A stretch of DNA of 64,000 nt from a virus: IMG/VR virus record IMGVR_UViG_3300045412_000547; one strand, written 5' to 3'. A program made the position numbers and the translations under genes. Every line of letters begins with the position of its first letter. The stretch's first letter is position 1. The notes beneath the pieces were generated by a model. It was not told where the DNA came from and searched no databases. It worked only from the letters and a program-made list of their open reading frames with translations. Of the stretch, positions 19,182-28,683 are shown one piece after another.

Positions 19182-20092
19182 TTACAGGCCTCCAGCTTTT
19201 TACTAAAAGTTAAAAATTCTTCATTGATAAATCCACCGCCTATATTTTTAGTTCCACCGCCTTTGAAATTCGTTTTTGTAAAGTTACCAATATGAAGATT
19301 ATCGTTTTTGTTTTTATCTTTTCTTAAGCTTATATATTTTGTATTTAAATTTACTACAATAGCTATATCGCCATTGTGTTTTTCTAAAATATAGTGGGCA
19401 ACTTCACTGGGAGCCGTATTCGTAAATGTACTAACTACTTTGTAGTTTAAATTTTTATATTCAGTATTTGTTTTGAATACTGTTAAACCTTCTAATACTT
19501 TATTTAAATTTTCTTTGTAAAACTTAATTAAATTTTTATGCTGCTGGGTAAACACTGTAAAGCCATTTTTAAAATCATTGTAAAATTTTTCTATTCTATC
19601 ACCCTGATAGCTCCAAAATAAAAAATTAAGATCTTTTGACAGGGGATGTTTTAAATTGTAGCTGTCGTAGTCGTTAACAAGAGATATTAAAAGTTTTTGT
19701 TGTTCGGTAAGAATGTCTCCGTATTTATCTTTTAATCTTTTATAAAGCATTAAAGCACAGCTTGAGCTATTTTCGGTTATAATTTTAGCATTTTTAAATT
19801 TTTTTATATCATCAGGGTCATCTTCACCGTGGTTAATGTATGTTAAATTAGGAAGATCGGCAATATCTTCATTTTTATTTAAAATAGATAAATCAAAAAT
19901 ATAAATTTTTTTAAAACTTTCCGCTTTATTATTTTTTAAAAAATTTTCAAAATCTTTTCTAAATGTTTTTTCCGTACAAGATTTATATGGGCATATAAGC
20001 TTTGTATACCATCTAAATACAGAGTAGCAGCATGCACCGTCGAGATCTGCATCTGTAAAAATAAAGATATTGTCAATAGGCTTTTCTGCCAT
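19178..20092 (-). CDS. DHH/DHHA1-family phosphoesterase-like protein with degenerate motifs
   Basis: TDADLDG motif I, FDLS motif II, DYDSY, SLR, GGGT..GG; DHH reads NHG. Confidence 0.75.
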   Translation of the reverse strand: MAEKPIDNIFIFTDADLDGACCYSVFRWYTKLICPYKSCTEKTFRKDFENFLKNNKAESFKKIYIFDLSILNKNEDIADLPNLTYINHGEDDPDDIKKFKNAKIITENSSSCALMLYKRLKDKYGDILTEQQKLLISLVNDYDSYNLKHPLSKDLNFLFWSYQGDRIEKFYNDFKNGFTVFTQQHKNLIKFYKENLNKVLEGLTVFKTNTEYKNLNYKVVSTFTNTAPSEVAHYILEKHNGDIAIVVNLNTKYISLRKDKNKNDNLHIGNFTKTNFKGGGTKNIGGGFINEEFLTFSKKLEACK

Positions 20093-20127
20093 AAATTTAT
20101 TTAGTTTTTAACTTATAAAAATCAATT

Positions 20128-21453
20128 CTAATTATTTGAAAGTGAAGCAAGTGTATTGATAGTTGATGCACTTGCTTCCGTATCATTAACATGTTCATCT
20201 TCTGAAATAGTTAAAGTACTGTAATCTATACGCATAATACAATGACCGAAATTTGCTCCAAATCTATTCTTCATTATGCCGAGTTTTATAACACCTAGCT
20301 CTCTGTCTGTATCTTCTTGCCAAATACTCATTATAACATCAGCTGTAGCTGCTAGACCCATGCTTTCGGAAATTGTATTAAGACCGGGATCTGTAGTATT
20401 ATAACCTTCACGGTTTAATTGAGTGGCGCTAACTATAGGGCAATTAAAGACGTAGCTTAATGCTCTTAGTTGCTCTGTACAGTATTTTATACGTTCATAG
20501 GTATTGTTACCGAGCGTAGTATGTAAAAGATTAATGTAATCGAGTATAATTGCATCAATTTTCAATCCTTTGCTTGTAAGTTTTTTAATAAATGCTTTAA
20601 GATGATTTGTGGTAACTGTAGATGGTGGAAACTCTTTTATAAGAATTTTTGCGCCTGGTTTTTCTACTGTATAGCCTTCAATAGTATTTTTTAAAGTTAT
20701 ACATTCTGGTTTTAAGTGATTGAAGGGTATTTTAGTAATATTTGTAAAGAGACGTTTTGCATATACCATTTCAGGCATTTCAAGAGTTATGAGTAATACT
20801 GTTTTATTTTGACTTGCAATATTCACCGCAGCGTTACCAAGAAAAATACTTTTACCGATATTTGTTTCACCTGCAAATACATAGATCGATCTGCCAGATT
20901 CTAAAAAACCTCCACCGAGCCTGTCATCAAGCCATTTCCATTTACTAGAAATATAATTGTCCTCCTTATTAAGATCATCAATAACCTTATCAACATCAGG
21001 AAAGAGATCTAATCCGGTATCTGTTGCAAGGCTTATATTACATGCTTTTTCAAACTTACTTAGAACGGCTGATGTATCCACACTGTTTTTTCCAATATCA
21101 TCCACCACATCCATCATTGTATGATAAACTGCTTTTTCTTTTAAAAATGTTTCGGTGTTACTGTATAGTTCATCAACATTAAATTTTTTGTCTAAATCTA
21201 AAAAACTATTAGCAACGTTTTTAAAAGATTTTTTTAAATTATCGGTATCTAGATAAGTTTTTATTTCTGTTAATGTCGGTTTTGTTCCGCGCTTCGTATA
21301 AAAATCTTTTATAATAGAATAGATGTTTTTATTATCTGTATTTTTAAGGTACTTTAAATTAATATAATCAATAACAGAAGAAAGATATAATTCATCCGTT
21401 AAGCATTTATAAACAATAACCGTTTCAAAAAAATCTAGGTCTAGTTTTGCCAT
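20128..21453 (-). CDS. gp41: replicative DnaB-like helicase
   Basis: GETNIGKS Walker A, TLEM, IKEFP, LDYINLL, ATQLNR, SESMG, KNRFG; ATG 21453 preferred over TTG 21474. Confidence 0.95.
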   Translation of the reverse strand: MAKLDLDFFETVIVYKCLTDELYLSSVIDYINLKYLKNTDNKNIYSIIKDFYTKRGTKPTLTEIKTYLDTDNLKKSFKNVANSFLDLDKKFNVDELYSNTETFLKEKAVYHTMMDVVDDIGKNSVDTSAVLSKFEKACNISLATDTGLDLFPDVDKVIDDLNKEDNYISSKWKWLDDRLGGGFLESGRSIYVFAGETNIGKSIFLGNAAVNIASQNKTVLLITLEMPEMVYAKRLFTNITKIPFNHLKPECITLKNTIEGYTVEKPGAKILIKEFPPSTVTTNHLKAFIKKLTSKGLKIDAIILDYINLLHTTLGNNTYERIKYCTEQLRALSYVFNCPIVSATQLNREGYNTTDPGLNTISESMGLAATADVIMSIWQEDTDRELGVIKLGIMKNRFGANFGHCIMRIDYSTLTISEDEHVNDTEASASTINTLASLSNN

Positions 21454-21470
21454 GTTACGTAAATAGTTAT

Positions 21471-22157
21471 TCAAGAGTATTCTTGAATAAACTTTTCCTG
21501 GCTCTGCAAAAATGAACTGTCGCCCGGATTTAAAAGACCGGGTGAACTATGTACCGCCCAAATAGGTGTTACACCGAGTTTTAATTTTTTGTTATTTGCA
21601 TCTATGCTACTTGCTATATCATAATGATGAAATTTATAGTTTTCGTTGAATTTCCAGTTTGTTTCAATAACTCGCTTACAATTTATACTTAAAAATAGGC
21701 CGTCTAAAATAGTAACGCGAGCGGGAGTTGGTCCAAAGCATGTCATAAGAATTTGATTATCTTGATGCAGTAAAGATGCTGGGTGGGCAACTGCTCCTCT
21801 TAAATTCCCACTACCAAAACCACCGCACATTAGATGCCATAAAGCTGGTTTTGCAACAACTGGATTAATACCACCGGCGAGTCCAACGATATCGTAATCT
21901 TTGTGGGCTTGTATTAGTTTTTCACAAATGTTTGCATCATCAACTATCAAGTCATCATGTAAGAAAATAATATAATCAAATTCGTTTTTGTAATTTTTTA
22001 GAATTTGATTATAGTTTTCGCTTAACCCTTTTTCATTATTAAAATCATAAAAAAGCTTAAATTTAAAAAGAGCTTTTTTAAAAATCTTATTTAAAGATTG
22101 ATAGGTTAAAGTATCTTCAGCTTTTTTACGAGTACAAAAATAGAAAGCAAATTTCAT
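21471..22157 (-). CDS. GT-A fold glycosyltransferase (GT2-like)
   Basis: GLSENYN, FLHDD (DxD-type), GLAG, LDGLF, FHHYD, H.SPG. Confidence 0.8.
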   Translation of the reverse strand: MKFAFYFCTRKKAEDTLTYQSLNKIFKKALFKFKLFYDFNNEKGLSENYNQILKNYKNEFDYIIFLHDDLIVDDANICEKLIQAHKDYDIVGLAGGINPVVAKPALWHLMCGGFGSGNLRGAVAHPASLLHQDNQILMTCFGPTPARVTILDGLFLSINCKRVIETNWKFNENYKFHHYDIASSIDANNKKLKLGVTPIWAVHSSPGLLNPGDSSFLQSQEKFIQEYS

Positions 22158-22840
22158 GTATAGAAAGGCGAGTTTGATTTAAACTCACCGACTTCAGTAA
22201 TACCTTCCGGTGTTAACAAATATAAAACACCTTCTTCAATAGCTTTAAAGCCTTTTTCAGATAATGAAGAAAAGCTATTATTTAAAAAATCTGCATAAAG
22301 AGTAGCACCCGAGCGTGCAATATAAACGTTTTGAGATCTAGAGTTATATATCCAAAGACCGAAATTACCTTGTAGTAGCCCTAAAATAGATGAAATAAGG
22401 CTAGCTTCATCTTTTTTAGGAAATTTTTTGCGCTGTAAATGTAGCAGAGCAGGTATAATGGAAGAGTCAACTTCGTTAAACAATTTTTTATTTTTAATAT
22501 TTTTCTTTAATTCAAGATGGTTTGTTAGTACACCATTATGGGCAATAACCCAATCCTCTACATTAAAGGGATGTGATGTTTTATGATCATATTTTCTAAT
22601 AGATGATGTCGGAGCTTGAGTATGACCGAGAAAATACTCAAAATCGTCTATTTTCCTTTTAAATTTTGAATATTTAATAACTAGATTTTTTGATAAGGTT
22701 ATTTTACCTGGCGACCTGAGGGTTGCGTAAATATTTGCAGTAACAAAGATACCGCCAAACGCAAAAGTACCGCGTTTTTTGTTTTTATTGTAAAGACTTG
22801 TATATGTTTTAAAGTTTTTAGAACCAAAGATTCCACACAT
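22154..22840 (-). CDS. class II (Ntn) glutamine amidotransferase, stand-alone
   Basis: MCGIFG with Cys2 nucleophile, RG, GHTQAPT, HPF, HNGVLTN, VDS. Confidence 0.9.
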   Translation of the reverse strand: MCGIFGSKNFKTYTSLYNKNKKRGTFAFGGIFVTANIYATLRSPGKITLSKNLVIKYSKFKRKIDDFEYFLGHTQAPTSSIRKYDHKTSHPFNVEDWVIAHNGVLTNHLELKKNIKNKKLFNEVDSSIIPALLHLQRKKFPKKDEASLISSILGLLQGNFGLWIYNSRSQNVYIARSGATLYADFLNNSFSSLSEKGFKAIEEGVLYLLTPEGITEVGEFKSNSPFYT

Positions 22841-22875
22841 AAAATTATTTTAATTGAGAGAATAAATATTTCAAG

Positions 22876-23748
22876 ATGAATAGAGATATACATTTAATAT
22901 ATGAGAATTATGTTAGATCTCGTAATCCAAACCTGTTAAATGAGTTGTCTCCAGTAGAAATGGAGGGCGGTATTGATGTAGGCCCTGTTGTAAACAAGAC
23001 TTTGCCGGGGCAAGGAAAGCAATATGGCGCAGGGGCAATAAAGAAAGTAGCTGAAATACAGGGTAAATCAGAGAATGAAGTTGCTGAAGACATGGCTAAA
23101 ACTATTATAGCAAAAACTGGCGATAAAAAAGAAGTTAATGGCAAAATGGTGCATTATTTTTCTGGAGAACCGGATGCATTTATCAATAGCTTAGTACCAG
23201 AATTTAAACAAAAATATGGTATAAGCCCTACTATGGCAAAATATACAATTAATTATATTTTAATATATATTCTTCATGCTAAAAAAACTTTGGGAGGGTT
23301 AGTCAAACTAAATACTAAAAATATATCGAACCCTGAAACATTACCAGACCAGCCTGTTGTGGTCGATAAAAAATTTCCTACTGAAGAAGAAGGATACGAA
23401 AGCGGATTTATTTATTACAAAAATAATGAAGCTGTTCTAGAAGGAAAATTAAATGAAATTTTTAAGGGAATGAGCGATGAAATAGACGGCGATGATATGT
23501 CTACTTCTATTAAGAAAAACATGATTATAGCTGGAGTAGATAGACGCCAGTTTTGGGATGTTGTTACAGGTTTATTAAAAAATAAGGCTTTTTTTGAAAG
23601 AAAAAAAGATACTAGAATGCTTGATGATGTGGACGGGTTAGCTATCGGTCCAATACCTACATCTGATAGAGATATAGAGGATGCAATTAGGGAGCTACCT
23701 TCATATAAAGAAATGCTAAGACAGAAGTCAAGAGAAGCTATATATTAA
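22876..23748 (+). CDS. hypothetical late protein, candidate head internal protein
   Basis: TAAATA-N7-ATG; N-terminus DIHLIYENY...LNE. Confidence 0.65.
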   Translation: MNRDIHLIYENYVRSRNPNLLNELSPVEMEGGIDVGPVVNKTLPGQGKQYGAGAIKKVAEIQGKSENEVAEDMAKTIIAKTGDKKEVNGKMVHYFSGEPDAFINSLVPEFKQKYGISPTMAKYTINYILIYILHAKKTLGGLVKLNTKNISNPETLPDQPVVVDKKFPTEEEGYESGFIYYKNNEAVLEGKLNEIFKGMSDEIDGDDMSTSIKKNMIIAGVDRRQFWDVVTGLLKNKAFFERKKDTRMLDDVDGLAIGPIPTSDRDIEDAIRELPSYKEMLRQKSREAIY

Positions 23749-24475
23749 TTTTTTTACAGTTATTTTTCTCCCAAGGTATTTCAATTTTATATGGTAAAGG
23801 ATCAATATATCCAGCATCTAGAAATCCCTTTATCCTAAGCGAACAAGCCGTACATTTACCGCATGCAATATTTTTACCTTCATAGCATGTCCAGGTTTTA
23901 CTAAAATCGACACCTAAGCTAATACCCGTTTTAACAATATCTGCTTTTGATTTAGTTAGAAGAGGTGCAATAACTTCTATTTTAGTCCGTCGATTTAAAG
24001 AGGATAATTCGTTTATTTTGTCTAAAAATTCCGGGCTTCCATCCCAGTATCCAGCGACACTATCAGCTTGCGCCGCTCCATGAATAATTTTTGCAGCATT
24101 ATTACTCTCTGCATATGCAAGACAAATACTTAAAAGCATTATGTTTCTAAACGGTACATAATTAACTGTTTGAGGATCACCCATAACATTCTTAGCATAG
24201 GCTACTTTAATTTTTTTATTCGTTAAAGCACTAGTGCGGGCTATATCCTTAAAAAATGAAATTGGAACAATAGTATGATTTGTTTTTTTAGTACCATATT
24301 TTTCCCTAACAGAATCAATTTGAAGTTTTGCACACTTCAACTCTTTTTTATGTTTTTGATCATAATTAAATGATATAGCATCTGTATGACTATAGATTTT
24401 GACTGCGTAATGCAGCAATACAGAACTATCCATTCCTCCGCTGACAGGAACTACAACTCTACTCAACCGGCTCAT
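23738..24475 (-). CDS. queC: 7-cyano-7-deazaguanine synthase
   Basis: SGGMDS PP-loop, Y.QKH..EL, YVPFRN, TWTCY...CGKC.AC..R Zn site. Confidence 0.95.
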   Translation of the reverse strand: MSRLSRVVVPVSGGMDSSVLLHYAVKIYSHTDAISFNYDQKHKKELKCAKLQIDSVREKYGTKKTNHTIVPISFFKDIARTSALTNKKIKVAYAKNVMGDPQTVNYVPFRNIMLLSICLAYAESNNAAKIIHGAAQADSVAGYWDGSPEFLDKINELSSLNRRTKIEVIAPLLTKSKADIVKTGISLGVDFSKTWTCYEGKNIACGKCTACSLRIKGFLDAGYIDPLPYKIEIPWEKNNCKKINI

Positions 24476-25565
24476 CTACAGATGTATTAGAATGGTATGA
24501 GTATTCGTTTTGAAGTATCTTGTCAAGCTCAGGAATAATAAACCCGTCATAAAAAGCTGCATCTTTAGCAAAGTTTTTTGCATAACCAAGTTTATCACCT
24601 TTTTTATATTTACCACAATCAATACCAACAGTAAAAGTAGGCCCGCTCTGAACAACAATATTACGAGCTGATGCCATAGCGAGCAAACCGCTGTACTTGT
24701 TAAGACCTGTTTTAAAAGATAAGTACATTTCAGCTTCTAGAAATGGCGGTAAAAACCTATTTTTAACTGTAAGAGCTCGAATAGTAGTACCGGTATATTT
24801 GTTCGCTTCTGCTAACTTAACATCATCCAGTAAACTATCTCCTTCGCCTTCTTTTTCGTTTCGTTTGGCTAGTTGAACTAAAATACTAGACATGTAGAGA
24901 GGACCGGATCCGCCGGCTTGGTTTTTAACTAAGCTTGGATACATTGAAGCTGGGTCGTCATATGTATGGTTGGTAAATAAAATTGTAACTCCTGCTTTAG
25001 CAGCCTTAAAAGTTAGTACTCGAAACATACTTTTAAGAGACTTAGCTCTCAGACCCATATCTGCTGCAGATTTATCTTTCACTACATCATCAAGTTCTTT
25101 TTGAGATGCAAGATTACCTAAACTATCAATACTAATAATAAATTTACCTTTAGCATTATTTTCTATAACACTATCTAAAAAAGTAGAAATTTGATTACGA
25201 CATTGATCAATAGTATCTACCGGGACATACTTTGTGCCTTCCGCATTAAGACCGACACCTTTCGTACTATTTTCATCAATAGCAATTTCAGTATCAAAAA
25301 TAACAGGGTACAAGCCTTGTTTTTGTGCATTTGCTAAAATTTTATTTACTATAAACGTTTTACCTGTTTGACTTGGACCAGAAAAACCAACTATACGGCC
25401 TTTAGGTACTCCGCCCTTAATACAACTGCCACCCAAAATTGCATTTAGAGCATAGCAACCAGTATCATACCAAGTATCAACTTTGCTTAAAGCATTTTCA
25501 TTTAAAAACGAAGCCTCACTATTGAGACTGTCCAAAGACGCGAATATCTTATTAAGATCTTTCAT
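24459..25565 (-). CDS. uvsX: RecA-like recombinase
   Basis: DTG.YALN, GPSQTGKT, FDTE, IDSLGNL, DMG.RAK, TNHTY, GG.G. Confidence 0.93.
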   Translation of the reverse strand: MKDLNKIFASLDSLNSEASFLNENALSKVDTWYDTGCYALNAILGGSCIKGGVPKGRIVGFSGPSQTGKTFIVNKILANAQKQGLYPVIFDTEIAIDENSTKGVGLNAEGTKYVPVDTIDQCRNQISTFLDSVIENNAKGKFIISIDSLGNLASQKELDDVVKDKSAADMGLRAKSLKSMFRVLTFKAAKAGVTILFTNHTYDDPASMYPSLVKNQAGGSGPLYMSSILVQLAKRNEKEGEGDSLLDDVKLAEANKYTGTTIRALTVKNRFLPPFLEAEMYLSFKTGLNKYSGLLAMASARNIVVQSGPTFTVGIDCGKYKKGDKLGYAKNFAKDAAFYDGFIIPELDKILQNEYSYHSNTSVDEPVE

Positions 25566-25595
25566 TATTCTATTTTAATATATTTTTTAAAAAAT

Positions 25596-25634
25596 CAATA
25601 AAAACGCCCTACATATTTTATTATGTAGGGCGTT
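25596..25634 (-). terminator. intrinsic terminator
   Basis: Perfect 13-bp inverted repeat 25603-25615/25622-25634 followed by T-rich run on minus strand. Confidence 0.8.
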
Positions 25635-25648
25635 AATACAAGCTTAAC

Positions 25649-26026
25649 TTATTCGTCAAATAACTTTATAACACGCTCGTCTTTTTGTTCGGCTTGTTTT
25701 GGAGCTTCTCCAGGAGCATTTGAAAAAAGCCTCTCATACTGAGTAATAAGCCTTTCATCATTTCGTACATCGGTTCCCATTACTACGCTGGCATAGTTAA
25801 ACTTCCATACGGTACCAGCTTCACGAGATTTCTCACCTAAAAACTCTCTAAAGTACATAGGAATAGTTTGTACATTCAGCTGACCTGTTTGGGTCGGCTG
25901 AACGTGAATAATGGCAGGGTTTCTAACTAAAAAAGCAGCTCCCTTATCAATGTCCCCTTCAGAAGTACCGATAATAGTTCTGCCAATATGATCTACGAAT
26001 GTGACAATATTATTTGTTTTGCTCAT
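25649..26026 (-). CDS. hypothetical protein
   Basis: ORF with own TTGATT-N16-TAACAT promoter and downstream terminator. Confidence 0.7.
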   Translation of the reverse strand: MSKTNNIVTFVDHIGRTIIGTSEGDIDKGAAFLVRNPAIIHVQPTQTGQLNVQTIPMYFREFLGEKSREAGTVWKFNYASVVMGTDVRNDERLITQYERLFSNAPGEAPKQAEQKDERVIKLFDE

Positions 26027-26066
26027 ATATCTTATGTTATGAGATAGGTTTTAAAAATCAACGCTT

Positions 26067-28649
26067 TTATTTTAGTAATTCAAATAAATCTGTCTTAACT
26101 TGATTACCGGGAGATTTCAGCTTCCAATTCACAGCAGAATAAAAACGGTCAATTACACTGTAAATAATTTTCTGAAACATAAGCTCATGATCAGGCTTAA
26201 AATTATCCTTGAATTCTTTTGGATAGTAATATTTGTATCCTAACACAGAAATCCCAAATTTATTTGGTTGTTGGGTGTAAAAAAACCTTACTTTATCTCC
26301 GGATGCAAGTTTTTCGTATTTTTTATCTATTCCAAATTTTTCTAAAAGTTTGTTATGATAATATGCAGATTTAACATGGATAGGCATGTGCTTAGCTGTT
26401 TTAAAGCCGTCACATTGAGATCCATATTTTTCAAAGCCTTTTATTCCCATGGTAAAAGCTATATCTTCAACTGGCAGCTGTTTAAATATTTCATAAGTTT
26501 CATTAAAAATTTTATTCGTTTCATGTAAATCTTTTGTTAAAAGCATGGTTTCAATAATCTTTTTTACTTTAGGTTTAATTGGAGTAGGCATTGTTGTACG
26601 TACAACTTCAACACCTGTATACTTAAACTTATTACATGGTATACCTTCTTCATCTAAAATATGAATAACATATCTTTTCTTTTGTAAAAACAGCCCAACA
26701 TCGGCAATAGCTTCTCGTTTAAAATTTAATCTACAATCTGTTGATCGTAGTGCTGCTATTCCCCATTTTTTTATTTCTACATTTAAAAAATCCTCAATTT
26801 CTTGAACTAATTTATAATATTCCGGTGTTATCCTACCCTTAGAATCTAACATCTTAATGTCAAGTTTTTCTACTAATAGTTTTATAGAGATATAAGAACT
26901 ATCTGTATCGTTATAAATGATCGGTGTATTTTCATTTACATCTTTTTCTGTTAGATTGGCTTTAGCTTTTATATATTCAGAAAGTAATTTATTTGATTGT
27001 TTAATTACAGATTGTCCTGTTAACGTGATTGATTCTGCAAGTTGATCATCACCAAGAGGGCTATGTTTATTACCAAAATACCCATAAATGGTATTAATTA
27101 AAATTTTAATAGTGTGTTGCTTAATATTTACATTAAAAATTTCCTGTTGAGTGCTTTTATATTCAGAAGAGCCCTTTTCTAAAGTAATTAATTTACGCTT
27201 TAAATGTTTTAATTGTTTTTTAAGCTCTACTCTTTTTTCGTAGTAATAATCTACTGTTATAGGTATAATTCCTTTTTCTTTTTGAGAAAATAAAACTTTA
27301 GCTTTTGATATAGCTATTTTTTCTTTAGATATAAAATTTACAAAATTTTCATGGGAAAGCTTGAATGTCTGTCCGTTTACGTGATCAATTGTAATTTCTT
27401 TATCTGTCTTTTCTGTAATAACCCCTACTTTTGTTTCGGGAGATAAATTAAGAGTAATCATCACATTTGGGTAGAGACTATTTGCATCAAAAGATACAAT
27501 ATACTCCTGAAAACCTTGTTTAGGTTCACTTACATATGCACCCTCATTTTTTCCGTCTTCTTCAACACCCTTATTAAAAGTTGGTATTCTTTGGTTGCGT
27601 TGACGAGCTTTAATAGCACATAAGCCTGTAATAACAGAAAGGGAACCTAATGCACCTTCAAATGTAGTTAGCCCTGCATAAGCTATCATTCGCAATAATG
27701 ACAAATATTGAAGCTTTTCTTCCAATCGTACTAACAAATTAACGTCTTGAACGTTATATTCAACAAACATATCCCAATTTGTATCTGCAAGTCCCGATAA
27801 ATTAGTATCTCCATAATCTACTTTACTTTCACCTAATTCTGTACTTCCAATATTATCCAACTTATATGATTCTCTTAGTGTCGGACAAAATCTCTTATAT
27901 ATATCTAAATAATCAACACAGGATATTCCTTCTATATGCCACTTTATCTGTTCCTTGCCAAACTTACCAACAAAAGTCCGAGCACGAATTGTGTTAATAG
28001 GGGAAAGTCTTTTTGCTTCATCTTCACCGAGAATTTTTACAATACGATTTACTATGTAAGGTATATCAAAAAATTCGCTATTCCACCCGGATAATATATC
28101 TGGATAATCAGACTGTAAAAAATTTAAAAACCTTGTAAAAAGTTCTTTTTCAGTCTTACAGTGTATATAGGTAAAATTATCTTTCTTTTTAGAATATGAT
28201 TTGAGCCCCCAAGTATAGAAATGTTTTCTTAACGAATCGTAAATCGTAATAATATTAACTGGATGTTGTGGGCTTTCAGGTACAGGAAATTCATCTGGGC
28301 TGTAAGTTTCAATATCTATAAAATAAACTTTCAATTCGTGTTTAGTAAATTCATCTGTTTCGTTTTTCTGCCAGAAAGTATCGATAAGAAACTGCTGTTG
28401 AACGTTAAAATTTTCAAACAACCGTTCTACTTTATTATCTTTTAAATATTTGTATCTTTCAGCCTGATTGCGGAATGTTTTCTTTTTTAATTTAGTATTA
28501 AAAATGCTTGTACAATCAGAATGATTATTCGTTTCTAGATATATGTAAGGATTGTAGCTAGTGTCATATTGAGTACGTTTTCCTTCACTATCCCAGGAAA
28601 ACAATCGCATGACCTGCTGATTTGGAATATAAGCACAGTTTCTATACAC
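26067..28649 (-). CDS. gp43: family B DNA polymerase
   Basis: Exo DIET, GWNSEFFD, YNVQD; pol DANSLYP, K...NTIYG, YNDTDS, KKRY. Confidence 0.97.
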   Translation of the reverse strand: MYRNCAYIPNQQVMRLFSWDSEGKRTQYDTSYNPYIYLETNNHSDCTSIFNTKLKKKTFRNQAERYKYLKDNKVERLFENFNVQQQFLIDTFWQKNETDEFTKHELKVYFIDIETYSPDEFPVPESPQHPVNIITIYDSLRKHFYTWGLKSYSKKKDNFTYIHCKTEKELFTRFLNFLQSDYPDILSGWNSEFFDIPYIVNRIVKILGEDEAKRLSPINTIRARTFVGKFGKEQIKWHIEGISCVDYLDIYKRFCPTLRESYKLDNIGSTELGESKVDYGDTNLSGLADTNWDMFVEYNVQDVNLLVRLEEKLQYLSLLRMIAYAGLTTFEGALGSLSVITGLCAIKARQRNQRIPTFNKGVEEDGKNEGAYVSEPKQGFQEYIVSFDANSLYPNVMITLNLSPETKVGVITEKTDKEITIDHVNGQTFKLSHENFVNFISKEKIAISKAKVLFSQKEKGIIPITVDYYYEKRVELKKQLKHLKRKLITLEKGSSEYKSTQQEIFNVNIKQHTIKILINTIYGYFGNKHSPLGDDQLAESITLTGQSVIKQSNKLLSEYIKAKANLTEKDVNENTPIIYNDTDSSYISIKLLVEKLDIKMLDSKGRITPEYYKLVQEIEDFLNVEIKKWGIAALRSTDCRLNFKREAIADVGLFLQKKRYVIHILDEEGIPCNKFKYTGVEVVRTTMPTPIKPKVKKIIETMLLTKDLHETNKIFNETYEIFKQLPVEDIAFTMGIKGFEKYGSQCDGFKTAKHMPIHVKSAYYHNKLLEKFGIDKKYEKLASGDKVRFFYTQQPNKFGISVLGYKYYYPKEFKDNFKPDHELMFQKIIYSVIDRFYSAVNWKLKSPGNQVKTDLFELLK

Positions 28650-28655
28650 AATTAA

Positions 28656-28683
28656 ATTTTAAGAGATACAACATTTTAATCAA
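28656..28683 (-). promoter_or_regulatory. sigma70-like promoter of DNA polymerase
   Basis: TTGATT-N16-TAAAAT-N6-GTG. Confidence 0.65.

Noticed and set aside
22154-24475. QatABCD or type IV CBASS defence locus
   Set aside because: No TatD, KAP ATPase, CD-NTase or TGT neighbours; QueC is compact, canonical and accompanied by folE/queD/queE
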